Assembly (NCBI RefSeq): GCF_009914755.1
Contig: NC_060935.1
Origin: the human T2T-CHM13v2.0 reference genome, Homo sapiens
Direction: 5' to 3' (one strand)
DNA length: 64,000 nucleotides
Of this stretch, positions 1 through 14,148 are shown one piece after another. The translations under genes and the position numbers were made by a program. The notes below the pieces were generated by a model. The model was not told the DNA's origin. It worked only from the letters and a program-made list of their open reading frames with translations, and did not search any database. Numbering within the stretch: position 1 is the stretch's first letter; each line of letters begins with the position of its first letter.

Positions 1-771
1 TTTTATGGCTGAATAGTACTCCACTGTGTGTATGTACCATGTTTTCTTTATCCATTTATCTGCTGATGGACACTCAGGTTGCTTCCAAATCTTGGCTACT
101 ATGAACAGTACTGCAATCGACATGGGTATCTTTTGGATATATACCCAGCACTGTGATTGATGGATTGTATGGCAAGTGTATCTTTAGTTTTCTGAGTGAA
201 CTCCAAATTATTCTCCATAGTTGTTGTACTAATTTACATTCCCACCAACACTGTCTGAGGGTCCCCTTTTCTCCACATCCTTGCCGGTGTTTGTTACTGT
301 CTGTCTTTTGGATAAACGCCATTTGAACTGGGGTAATATCTCATTGTAGTTTTGATATGCATTTCTCTGATGATCAATGATGTTGCACCTGTTCAAATGC
401 CTGTTTGTCAATGACTTCTTTTGAAAAATGTCCACTCAGATCTTTTGCCCATTTCTTAATCAGATTATTAGATCTTTTCCTATGAAGCTGTTTAAGCTCA
501 TTACATATTCTAGTTACTAATCCCTGGTAAGATAAAGAGTTTGCAAACACTTTCTCCCATTCTGTGGGTTATCTCTTCACTTTGTTGATTGTTTCCTTTG
601 CTGTACATAAGCTTTTTCACTTCATGTAATCCTATTTGTTCACTTTTGCTAGGTTGCCTGTGCTTGTGTAGTATTACTCAAGAAATCTTTGCCCAGTCCA
701 ATGCCATGAAGAGGTTACCTAATGTTTTCTTTTAGCAGTTTCATAGATTGAGATTTTAGATTTAAGTTTTT

Positions 772-1084
<313 letters not shown>

Positions 1085-4000
1085 TAGATTTAAGTTTTTA
1101 ACACAATTTGATTTGGTTTTTATATATGGCAAGAGACATGGGTCTGGTTTCATTCTTCTGCATACGGATATTCAGTTTTTCCAGCACCATTTATTGAAGA
1201 GACTGTCCTTTCCTCAATGTATGTTCTTTGCACCTTTGTCGAAAATGAGTTCACTGTAGATGTATGGATTTGCTTTTGGGTTCTCTATTCTGTTCCATTG
1301 ACCTGTGTGTCTGTTTTTATGCCAGTACCATGCTGTTTTGTAGTATAATTTGAAGTCAGGTAATGTGATTCCTCCAATTTTGTTATTTTTGCTCAGGATA
1401 GCTTTGGCTAGCTATTCTGGGTCTTTTGTGGTTCCATATATATTTTAGAATTGCTTTTTCTATTTCTGTGAAGAATGTCATTGGTATTTTGATAGGGATT
1501 GCATTGAATCTGTAGATTGCTATAGAAACTATGGACATTTTAACAATATTGATTCTCCCAATCCATGAACATGGAATATCTTTCCATTTGTTTGTGTCCT
1601 CTTCAATTTCTTTCATCAATGTTTTATAGTTTTCATTGCAGAGATCTTTCACTTCATCAGTTAATTCATAGGCATTTTATTTGTAGCTACTGTAAATGAG
1701 ATTACTTTCTCAATTTCTTTTTCAGATTGTTCACTGTTGGCATACAGAAATCTTACTGATTTCTGTATGCTAATTTCATATCCTGCAAATTTACTGAATT
1801 TAATGGTTTTTTAGTGGGGTCTTTATGTTTCCCCAAATATAAGATCAAATCATCTGCAAACAAGCATAATTTGACTTTTTCCCTTTCCGCTTTGGATGCT
1901 CTTTCTTTCTCTTGTCTGACTGCTCTTGCTAGGACTTCCAGTAATACACTGAGTAACAGTAGTGACAGTGGGCATCCTTGCCATGTTCCAGATCTTAGAG
2001 GAAAGGCTTTCAGTCTTCCCCATTCAGTGTGATACTAGCTGTGGGTCTGTCTTAAATGGCTTTTATTGTGTTGAGGTATGTTCCTTCTATACCCAGTTTA
2101 TTGAGTTTTTATCATGAAGGAATATTAAATTTTATTAAATGCTTTTTGAGCATCAATTGAAATGATCATATGGTTTTTCATTCTTGATACGATGTATCAT
2201 ACTGACTGATTTGCATATGTTGAACCATCCTTGCATCCCTGGGATATATCTCATTTGATCATGATCAATTTTCCTTTAATGTATTATTGAGTTCAGTTTG
2301 CTAGTATTTTGTGGAGGATTTTTGCATCAGTATTCATCAGGAATACTGGTCTGTAGTTTTCTTCTTTTTTTTTTTGATGTGTCTTTGGTCTTTGGTATCA
2401 GGGTACTGCTGGCCTCACAGAATGAGTTTAGGAATATTCCCTCCTCCTCTATTTTTCAGAATAGTTTGACAGCAGTGGTATCAGTTCTTCTTTAAGTGTT
2501 TGGTGGAATTCTGCAGCAAAGCCATTAGGTCTTGGACTTGGCTTTGCTAGGCGATATTTTATTACGGCTTCAATCCTGTTATTTGTTATTGCTCTGTTCA
2601 GGTTTTGGATTTCTTCAAGGTTCAATCTTGATAAGTTGTATGTGTCTATGAATTATGCATTCCTTCTAGATTTTTCAATTTATTGGTATATAGTTGTTCA
2701 TAGTACCCATGAATAATCTTTTTAATTTTTTCAGTATTAGCTGTAATGTCTCCTTTTTCATCTTTGATTTTGAGTCTTTTCTATTTTTTCCTAAGTCTAT
2801 CTAATGTTTGTTGATTATCTTTTCACAAAACCAACTTTTCATTTTGTTGGTCTTTTGTATTGTTTTCTTCATTTCAATTTATTTCTGCTCCGATCTTTAT
2901 TATTTCTTTTATTCTACTAATTGTGGGTTTGGTTTGCTCTTGCTTTGTCAGCTGCATAAGGTACATCATTAGGTTATCTAGCTGAAGATTTTTTTTTCTT
3001 GTTTGATGTAGGTACTTATAGCTATGAACTTCCCACTTCGTACTGCTGTCGTTGTATCTCATGGGTTGTTGGTATGTCATGTTTCCATTATCATTTGTTT
3101 TAATAAATTTTTCAATTTCCTCCTTAATTTCTTCATTAACCCACTAGTCATTGTGGAGCACATTGTTTAATTTCCATGTGGTTATATAGTTTCCAAAATT
3201 ATTCTTGTTATTGATTTCTAGTTTTATTCCATTGTGATCAGAGAAGATACATGCTATTATTTCAGGGGTTTTTTTTAATGTTTTAAGACTTGCTTTGTCA
3301 CCTGACATATGGTCTATGCTTGAGAATGATCCATGTGCTGAGGAAAGGAATGTGTATTCTGGAGCCACTGGATGAAATGTTCTGTAACTACCAGGTCCAT
3401 TCGGTCTATAGTACAGATTAAGAGTGATGTTTCTTCGCTGATTTTCTGTTTGGAAGATCCTATCTCTCTTTTTAGCTCTAATATTTGCTTTACATATCTG
3501 GGTGCTCCAGTATTGGGTACATATATATTTACAACTGTTATATCTTCTTGCTAAATTGACCTCTTTATCATTATACAATGACCTTCTTTGTCTCTTCTAA
3601 AAGTTTTTGTCTGATATATGCATAGCTACTCCTGTTCTTTTTTGGCTTCCATTAGCATGGAATATCTTTCTCCATCCTTTTTTTTTTTTTCAGTCTATGT
3701 GTGTCTTTATAGGTGAAGTGTGTTTCCTGTAGGCAACAGGTCACTGGATCTTGTTTTTTTCAATCCAGTCAGCCACTCTATGTCTTTTGATTGAAGAGTT
3801 TAATCCATTTACATTCAATGTTGTTACTGATAAAGACTTACTCCTGTTATTTTATTTTTGGGTGTGTGGTCATCTCTTCCTTCTTTCCTTCCTTCCTGTC
3901 TTCCTTTTAGTGAAGGTGATTTTCTCTGGTGGGGTGTTTTAATTTCTTGCTTTTTATTTTTTGTGTATCTGTTATATGATTTTTGATTTGAGGTTACCAC

Positions 4001-4841
4001 AAGGCTTGCAAATACTACCATAAAACCCAATTATTTTAAACTGATGACAACACTGATTGCATAAACAAACAAGCAAAAAGAAAACTAATAAAAACCTACA
4101 CTTTTAACTTTGTCCCCCTATTTTTAACTTTTGGTTGTTACTATTTATATCATATTATACTGGATATGTCTTTAAAAGCTGTTGTAGTTAATATTTTTAA
4201 TTTGTTCATCTTTTAGTCTTTCTACTTAAGAATAACTTATACATCACAATTACAGTGTTATAAAATTGTTTTTCTGTGTACTTACTATTACCAGTGAGTT
4301 TTGTACCTTTAGATAATTTCTTATTGCCCATTAATGTCCTTTTCTTTCTGATTAAAGAACTCCCTTTAGCATTTCTTATAGGACAGGTCTGGTGTTGATG
4401 AAATTCCCCAGCTTTTGTTTGTCTGGAAAAGCCTTTATTTTTCCTTAATGTTTGAAGGATATTTTCACCAGACATACCACTCTAGGGTAAAAGATTTCCC
4501 CTTTGGCACTTTAAACATGTCATGTCACTCTTTCCTGGTCTGTAAGGTTTCCACAGAAAAGTCTGCTGCTGGACATATTGGAGCTCCATTATGTGTTTTT
4601 GTTTCTTTTCTCTTGCTGCTTTTAGGATCTGTTCTTTATCCTTGACATTTGGGAGTTTCATTATTAAATGCCTTAAGGTAGTCTTCTTTGGGCTGAATCT
4701 GCTTGGTGTTCTATATGCTTCTTATACTTGAATACTGATAGCTTTCCCTAGGTTTGGGAAGTTCTCTGTTGTTATCCCCGTGAATAAACTTTCTACTCTG
4801 ATCTCTCTCCCTGCCTCCTCTTTAAGGTCAATAACTCTTAG

Positions 4842-5306
<465 letters not shown>

Positions 5307-5450
5307 TGATAAATTCTGCTGTTAAGAAATTATGATGCATTATTCAACTCCAGAATTTCTGCTTGATTTTTTGTAAGTATTTCAATCTCTTTGCTAAGCT
5401 TATCTGATAGAATTCTGAAGTCCTTCTCTGTGTTATCTCGAATTTCTTAG

Positions 5451-5795
<345 letters not shown>

Positions 5796-7566
5796 TGGCC
5801 TTGATGCTTGTGGATATTTGTCGGTGTCCAGGCATTGAAGAGTTTGGTATTTATTGTAGTCGTCATAGTCTGGGCTTGTTTGTACCCGTCCTTCTTGGGA
5901 AAGTTTTCCAGGCATTTGAAGAAACACCCATTTGTACCCATCCTTCTTGGGAAAGTTTGTCAGGTATCTGAAGAAACTTGGGTGTTGTAATCTAAGCCAC
6001 ATCTGCATTAGGGGGCACCCCAAGCCCAGTAATGCTATGTTTCTTGAAAACTTGTAGTGGTACTGCCTTAGTGGTCTTGGTTAAGATCCAGAAGAATTCT
6101 CTATATTACTAGGCAGAGATTCTTGTTCTCTTTCCTTACTTTCTCACAACACTTGGTCTCTTTGCTCAAGGGCCTAGGGCTCTACAATCAGCAGGTGATA
6201 AAGCAAGCTGGGCCTCTGTCCTTCCCTTTAGGGTGGCAATTTCCCCCATACCCCAGGCAGGTCCAGAGATGCCAGTAGCCAGGTACTGGAGTCAAAAACC
6301 TTTGAAATCTACTTGATGCTCTATTCTACTGCAGCTAAGCTGGCACTCAAACTATAAGACAAAAGTCCTTCCTATTCTTCCCTTCTCTTTCCACAAGCAG
6401 AAGAGCTTCTCCCCAAGGTCATCACCACCCCAGAACCACAGAGGGTACTGCAAGGCTACTGCCAATGTTCACTTCAGGCTCAAGTGCTCTTCAGTCATCT
6501 TGTGGTGAATTCTTCCAGACCTGGGACTAACCCTTCAGCGCAGTAGGCTCCCATCTGGCCCAGGGCAGGTCCAGAAACGCTGTCCAAGGGCCAAATCCTG
6601 GAATCAGAGGCCCCAAGAGCCTGCTTGGTGCTCTACCCAACTGTGGCCAAGCTGATACCTGAGGTGCAAAACTAAATCTCCTTCACTTTTCCCTCCCCTT
6701 TTCTCAAGCAGGAGTTTCTCACTGTAGCCACCATAGCTGGAAATATGCTGGGTCTCACCTGAAGCCAGCACATCACAGAAGCTCACCCAAGACCCACAGC
6801 GTACTAACTAGGTATTGCTGCTGGTTCCTCAGGGCCCAAGGGCACTTTAGTCAGCAGGTAAAGAATGCCACCAGGACTGGATCCTTCTCTTCAAGGCAGG
6901 AGTTTCCCTTCTGGCCCAGGGTGTGTCTACATATGTCATCCAGAAGCTAGGGCCTGATGACTCCGCCCAGTGCCCTATCCTCCAGTGGTTGAGCTGGTAT
7001 CCAAGATGTAAGATAAAAGTCCTCTTTACTCTTACCTCTCCTCTTCTCAAGCGGAAGGAGGGGGTCTTTTTTGAAGCTACAAGCTGTGCGCCCAAAACTG
7101 AGGGAGGGGTGGCACAAGTACTCCCTCGGACGCCATGGCTGGTGTCTCACTAGGTCATGTGCCCCACCATGTTCACTGGCTCTGAGCCCAGCTCAGCACA
7201 AAGACTTGCCTAAGAATTGGAGTCCTAGTGTCTTAGACTGCCTTTCAAGTTTATGTAGGGCCTACAGCAATTTAGCCTGCAGTGGCAAGGCGTGCTGAAA
7301 TTCAAGTTCCAACAACTGGGCTGGGAGATTCCCCTCTGACTATGGCTGGCCTAAATGCTCCCTCCATGAGTGGTCATTGGCTAAGTTTAGCCCAGTTTTG
7401 CTTTCCCCTTCGACAGAACAGCACTGAGTTCAATGGAGGGTCTCAATCACAGCACTCTCCCTCCCTGACATGCAGAATCTCCACACCATGCAGCCAGTGC
7501 CAGGGTATGGAAGAGGGGTGGCGTTGGCAATTCAAGACTCTCTTTCCTACCTTCTTCAGTGCCTCT

Positions 7567-7668
7567 TTTGTATTTTTAGCAGAGATGGGGTTTCACTGTG
7601 TTAGCTAGGATAGTCTCGTTCTCCTGACGTTTGGCCTCCCAAAGTGCTGTGAGCCACTGCGCCCGCCC
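7567..7668 (-). mobile_element. Alu left-arm fragment with internal deletions
   Basis: gtatttttagcagagatgggg...gagccactgcgccc. Confidence 0.8.
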
Positions 7669-7764
7669 TATCTCACTGTTTTTAAATGAAAACAATCTTA
7701 TATATCTTTTCCAACTCTATACTTTCGTGTCGTTTTCATGTCTTCTGGCACTGGAGGGTGCATG

Positions 7765-8195
7765 CATCAAGGTTCTTCAGAGAAACAGAGTGAATAGGGA
7801 AGAGAGAAAACACGAGAGAGAAGGCAGATAGCTAGACACAGACAGACATAAAGATATTTATTTTAAGAAATTGGTTCATGCAATTGTAGGAGCTGACAAG
7901 TCCAAAATCTGTAGGGCAGGCCATCAGGCTGCCAAACTGAGATAGGAGTTGATGCTGCAGTCTTGAGGCAAAATTTCTTCTTCTTCCAGATACCTCAGTT
8001 TTGTTCCTAAGGCCTTTCAACTAATTGTGAGACATATCCACATTATTGAGGGTAGCCTCCTTTACTTAAAGTCAACTGACTGTAGATGTTACCAACATCC
8101 ACAAAATGCCTTCATGGCAACATGTAGATTAACATTTGATTAAATAGCTGGGTACTACAGCATAAGCAAGTTGATACATAAAAGTAACCATCACA
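7765..8195 (-). mobile_element. MLT2-family (ERVL) solo LTR
   Basis: The minus strand starts TGTGATGGTTA; typical gaaattggttcatgcaattgt and caagtccaaaatctgtagggcagg segments are present. Confidence 0.8.
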
Positions 8196-8744
8196 GGGGC
8201 ACAACTGTGTTATCCACGAGTTTAATGAGAAGACTCTTAAAACATCACCACTAAATATGATGACTGCAGATTTTTAAATAAATATCCTTCTTTTCAGATT
8301 GAAGACTTTCCTTTCTATTTCTAGTTTGCTAATAAGAGTTTTTATTCTGATTGGATACTGAATCTTTACTGAGATGATCTTATGGTTCTACTCCTTCAAT
8401 CTGTTAATGTTAGATTTTCTAATATTAAATTGTCCTTGAAGTTTTTATAAAAACCCAATTTCATTATTACTTAATTTTCTTATATACCACTAGATTCTAT
8501 TTAGTAAATTTTTGTTGACGATATTTTTACTTATGCTCCTAAGGCAGACTGGCATATAATTTGATTGCTTGTACTGTCCTGTTAGATTGTGGCATCACAG
8601 TTATACAAGATTAATAAAATGAGCTGGGTGTTTTTCTCATTCTGTGAAACATTCCATAAAATAAGTATTATCTGACTTGATAAAACTTAATTGCAAAAAT
8701 GTCTTTTCTGGGCCTAGTGCATTATCAAAAGTCATAATTCCTTC

Positions 8745-9049
8745 TTTCGTTTTTGTTTTTTTTTCTTTGAGATGGGGTCCCACTACTCTGCCACCCATGC
8801 TGGAGTGCAGTTGTGTGGTCATAACTCACTAAAGCCTTTAAATCCTGGGCACAAGCTCCCGCGTCAGCCTCCCAAGTAGCGGGGACTACAGGCATACACC
8901 ACCATGCCCAGCTAATTGCTTTTTATTTGTATTAGGGACAGGATCTCGCCATGTTGCCCAGGCTAGTCTCGAACTCCTGGCCTCAAGCAATCTCCCAACT
9001 TGGCCTCTCAAAGTGCACGGATTACAGGCATGAGCCACAGCGCCTGGCC
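8745..9049 (-). mobile_element. AluJ
   Basis: Diverged dimeric Alu. Confidence 0.85.
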
Positions 9050-9329
9050 CATATCTCTTTTTTTAGTTATGAACTCAAATTGTTTCATGGTCAATTCAAG
9101 TTCCTCTTTATTCTTCGGTAAGAGTAATTATATTTTTTCATGTAAAACCTTTCCATTTTTCCCCAAAAAAATCACTATTGTTATATCTCTGTTTCATTTT
9201 TAGCATATTGATTTTTATTACTCCTTTTTCCTGAGTTTTCTGTATCATATTGGTCTTTTCAAAAAACTAGCTGTTGGCCTATTGATTATACGTATTTTTG
9301 TTTTCCATTCATCTTTCTACTTATCAATA

Positions 9330-9570
9330 ACAGAAGCTGGTATTTATAAGCTGGTACTTATAACAAATACATTCTACATGTACTAACATATTAACTTATT
9401 CAATCTTCACAAACCTATGAATTTGATTCTATTATTATCTTCATTTTGTAGATAAGGAAGCTAAGAAGACACAGACGGGTTAAGTAACCAAGTTTGGACA
9501 AGCAGGAAGTGGAGAACTAAGAATTCACAATCAGGCAATCTGGTTCAAGAGTCCACACTCTTAAATACTA
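9330..9570. mobile_element. MIR
   Basis: MIR core cattttgtagataaggaagctaag...ggttaagtaac. Confidence 0.65.
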
Positions 9571-10233
9571 CATAATAATGCATGATTTATATTTTATTAT
9601 TTTTCCATCCTATTAGGCTTTTAGGCATATTTTGGGTTTTTTCCTAATTTATTGAGATGAACCCACTACCTTTCAATCTGTCCTATTTTCTAACAAATTC
9701 ATTAAGAGCTATAAATTTCCTTTTGAATCATACCCTACAAGTTTGTTTATATAGGGCATTCATTTTCATTGTGTGGTATTTAGTAATTCTCATTATAATT
9801 TCTACTTTAACTCAGTTAGTAGTGGTTTTGTTTGTTTTTAGTTTGCAAGCACAAGTAGGGGAATGGGAAGAAAGCTTCAACAGATTATTGCAAAATTTTT
9901 CAATCACATTGTAAAGAATTTTACAGCTAACATCCATATAGCCGCCATTAGATTCTGCCACAAAATTCTATTAGACTTGCTTTATCACATATCTATCCAT
10001 TTATCCATCTCCCTAGCCATTAATTAATCCACCTTATTTTTGGTGTCTTTAAAGCAAATTGTAGACAATAATACTCTTCCCTCTAAATATTTCAGCATGC
10101 TTAGTGTTAACCAGCATCCAATATTTGCTTATCTTTTTATGTAAAACTACTTAAAATCATATGCACACATATTATATATACATTTTCTGAGTTTTGACAA
10201 ATGTACATACCTATGAAACCCAAATCCCTATCA

Positions 10234-10605
<372 letters not shown>

Positions 10606-10924
10606 TCAATTCCTACCCTTAAACACCAGAGGAAACCACTGTACTGACTTCTCCACCACCACAAATTAGTTCTGCCTGTTTTAGAACTTTTCAGTATATA
10701 ATTCTGGAGTATAGTATACAGTATATATTCTTGTATCTGAATTCTTTCACTAAGAATGTTTCTGAGATTCACCCACATTGATGTGTGTATCCATAATTCA
10801 CTCATTTTTATTGCTGAATGGTATATTTGGAGGTTTTTCTTTTTGGTGTAAGGAAGAGGATGTTTATCTCTTCATTACTGATTTCTATTTTCATTGCATG
10901 TGATCAGAGAATATGATGATACTA

Positions 10925-11135
10925 TAATGATGATGGCAAACACTAACTGAGCCCTTACCACGTGTAATGCATTGTTCTGAATGCCAGCCCTCACAACTCT
11001 GAGAGACCACTATTACCATTTCTGTTTTACAGATGAGAAAATTGAAGCACATAAGTAACTTACCCAAGGTCATACAACTAGGGGAAAACCACATTTGGTT
11101 CCTGAGCCCTCTCTTAGACACATACTACACAACAT
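10925..11135. mobile_element. MIR
   Basis: ttttacagatgagaaaattgaagcac...acttacccaaggtcatacaacta. Confidence 0.75.
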
Positions 11136-11231
11136 GTATGATATCAATTCCACAGAATTATTTGAGACTCTTTTTATGGGCTAATAAATAAATAATTAAT
11201 TTTTGTTTGAAAAGAATGCATATTCTCTAAA

Positions 11232-11525
11232 GGCCAGGCGCGGTGACTCACGTCTGTAATCCTACCACTTTGGGAGGCCAAGGCAGATGGATAGCTCAAG
11301 CTTGGGAGTTCGGGGCTATCCTGGGCAACATGATGAGATCCTGTCTCTACATAAAATACAAAAATTAGCCAGGCATAGTGGCACATGCCTGTAGTCCCAG
11401 CTACTCGGGAGACTGAAGAGGGAAGATTGCTTTGAGTCTGGGAGGCAGAGGTTGTAGTGAGCCAAGATCATGCCATTGCATTCCAGCCTGCACAACAGAG
11501 CGAGACTCTGCCTCAAAAAAAAAAA
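11232..11525 (+). mobile_element. AluJ
   Basis: Perfect 20-bp TSD aaagaatgcatattctctaa at 11211-11230 and 11526-11545. Confidence 0.9.
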
Positions 11526-11683
11526 AAAGAATGCATATTCTCTAATATGGGATATAGAATTCTGTATTATGTAACTAGTGTATTAATCATTAAATTCAAA
11601 TCTATATACTTTAAAATTTTTATGTGCTTAATATATCCACTTCAGAGAGGTGTGTTAAAATCTCCTACTATGATGACAGATTT

Positions 11684-11958
11684 GTTTTTTAATACATATG
11701 GGGTCTCACTCTGTCACCTAAACTGGAAGGCAGTGGCACAATTATAGCTCACTATAACCTCAACCTCCTGGGTGCAGCCTCCCAAGTAGCTGGGACTACA
11801 GGCACATGCCACCATACCTGGCTAATTTTTTTTATTTTTTTGTAGAGATGGGATTTCACTGTGTTGCCCAGGTTGGTCTCACTCCTGGCTTCAAGTGATC
11901 CTCCCACCTTGGCCTCCCAAAGTGCTGGGATTACAGGTGTAAACTAGCATACCTGGCC
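11684..11958 (-). mobile_element. AluJ
   Basis: Diverged dimeric Alu. Confidence 0.85.
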
Positions 11959-12075
11959 TAGACAGCCATTTAAAGAGTATACAATATTTGACCCATCAAT
12001 TCTACTTCTAGAAATTTATCCTTATTTATCCTAAAAATTAGTACCATAAATATACAAGGATGTAAATAAGAACAC

Positions 12076-12440
12076 TGTATTAGTCTGCTTTCATGCTGCT
12101 GATAAAGACATACCTAAGACTGGGCAATTTACAAAAGAAAGAAGTTTAATTGGACTTACAGTTCCACATGGCTGGGGAAGCCTCACAATCATGGCGAGGA
12201 GGAGCAAGTCCCCTCTTACATGGATGGCAGAAGGCAAAGAGGGAATGAGGAAGATGCAAAAGCAGAAACCCCTGATAAAACCATCAGATCTCATGAGACT
12301 TATTCACTACCACCAAGAACAGCACGGTGGAAACCACCCCCATGATTCAATTATCTCCCACCAGCTCCCTCCCACAACACATGGGAATTATGGGAATTCA
12401 AGATGAGATTTGGGTGGGGACACAGACCCAGGCCACATCT
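12076..12440 (-). mobile_element. THE1 (THE1A/B-like, ERVL-MaLR) solo LTR
   Basis: tgtattagtc...gctgctgataaagacatacc...gagatttgggtggggacacag; 365 bp; 5-bp TSD aacac / gacac. Confidence 0.9.
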
Positions 12441-12659
12441 GACACTTGTTTACATCCTTGTATATTTATTGAACTATGGAAGATTACATATTATAATGTA
12501 GCATATGGTCTTTATGTAAACAAAGGAAAATAAAACTTGACTTTTAAGAACAATGTACATTTTAAAAGTCTATTAAGTATTAATTGGCCAACAATGTCTC
12601 ATTTGGTAGCAAACATTTCTTCAGTAAGTGTATACCAGGCTCAGAAACATATGAAGATA

Positions 12660-12975
12660 GGCCAGGAGCAGTGGCTCACACCCGTAATCCTGGCACTTTG
12701 GGAAACCAAGGCAGGTGGATCACCTGAGGTCAGGGGTTCGAGACCAGCCTGACCAACATGGTGAAACCCCGTCTCTACTAAAAATACAAAATTAGCCGGG
12801 CGTGGTGGTGCATGCCTATAATCCCAGCTACTCAGGAGGCTGAGGCTGGAGAATCATTTCATCTTGGAAGGCGGAGGCTGCAGTGAGCTGAGATCATGCC
12901 ACTGCACTCCAGCCTGGGCAACAACAGCAAAATTGTGTCTAAAAAAATAATAATAATAAAACAAAAATTAAAAAA
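12660..12975 (+). mobile_element. AluS
   Basis: TSD agaaacatatgaagata on both sides. Confidence 0.9.
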
Positions 12976-13356
12976 AGAAACATATGAAGATAAAAGACAG
13001 TCTTGCTCCGAAAAAGCTCACAGTCTGGAGGTGAAGATATACCAAAAAAAAAAAAAAAATAGATGATTAACATATAATGTGATGAATGCTCTAACAGCAC
13101 TGGATGTTATGGGAACACACAGGCAGAGTCAAAAACATAGGCTCCCCACGAAATCTAATCTGGCACCCCTCAAGTCAATATTTTTGTTATTGTTCAACGT
13201 TTGTTTAGACAAGAGGCAGAGAGCTACTAGTTGCAGAGCTTACACCTCTTCTCTTTCTCAGCAATTTAGCTCTGTCTCCAAACTTGCATATCCTATAAAA
13301 ATGTATTCCTAATTTACTCAACTTCCTTAAAAAGCAATTAAGCATACCCTTTGGGG

Positions 13357-13372
13357 TCTCACTCTCTCTCTT

Positions 13373-13404
<32 letters not shown>

Positions 13405-13424
13405 GCATGCACGCACACACACAC
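13357..13424. repeat. Compound (TC)n/(CA)n microsatellite
   Basis: Seen directly; imperfect. Confidence 0.85.
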
Positions 13425-13959
13425 CTCCCAAGAAGATTATTTGCTTCTGCTTATTCCTCTCATACTTATCCCAGAAGGAGCTCTGGTAAATGCAATTTTA
13501 TCCCCATCTCATATTTCAAATACTGTTTTGTTACACCCTAGTAAACCAGATAGTCCATTATTCCCACTCTACACAGATGAAGGACACTTAAAAAGGAAAA
13601 AGAGAAGGGAGGATACCAGAAAAGGCCTCATAAAGCATTATAAATATATAACTTTAAAAGAATAAAAAATTAAAAGTTGTGATCTTAGACAAATTAGTAA
13701 ATCCTTCTGTGCTTAAGTTCCCTCACCTATACAAATAATGATATCTGCCTCTTGGGTTGCTAAGATTTAAATGAAATAATAGATGTTTAACATTTTATAA
13801 ACAGAAAATCAACCTGTAAAGCTTAAGACAATAAAGTCTTAACGAAGAATCAGTAATTGTTAAGGGCCAAAAAAAAAAAAAGTCTACATCCTTAGATATT
13901 GTAAGGTAAGGTAAGTAAACAATAAAAATGCCACTGTAAACAATAGCTATAATTTATAA

Positions 13960-14148
13960 CAGTGGTCCACAAACTTTAATATATATGAGAATCACCTAAA
14001 AGTGATTATTAAAACATGGATTGCTGGGCTCCACTCTCAGAGTTCCTGATGCAGGAGATTAGGGATAAGCCTACAAAACTGCATTTTTAACAAGTTCCAG
14101 ATGGTGTTGATACCACTGGTCTAGGAAATACACTTGGAAAACCACACA
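13960..14148. mobile_element. MER5A (hAT-Charlie) DNA transposon
   Basis: cagtggtccacaaact...gaatcacct...gattgctgggctccac...tgcatttttaacaagttcc. Confidence 0.75.

Noticed and set aside
6170-7060. Three diverged ~300-350-bp repeats in the L1 5' region
   Set aside because: Repeated units are an expected feature of old L1M 5' ends, so probably not locus-specific.
13901-13916. (GTAAG)3 stacked donor-like motif
   Set aside because: Antisense to FCHSD2 with no associated exon; likely micro-slippage.
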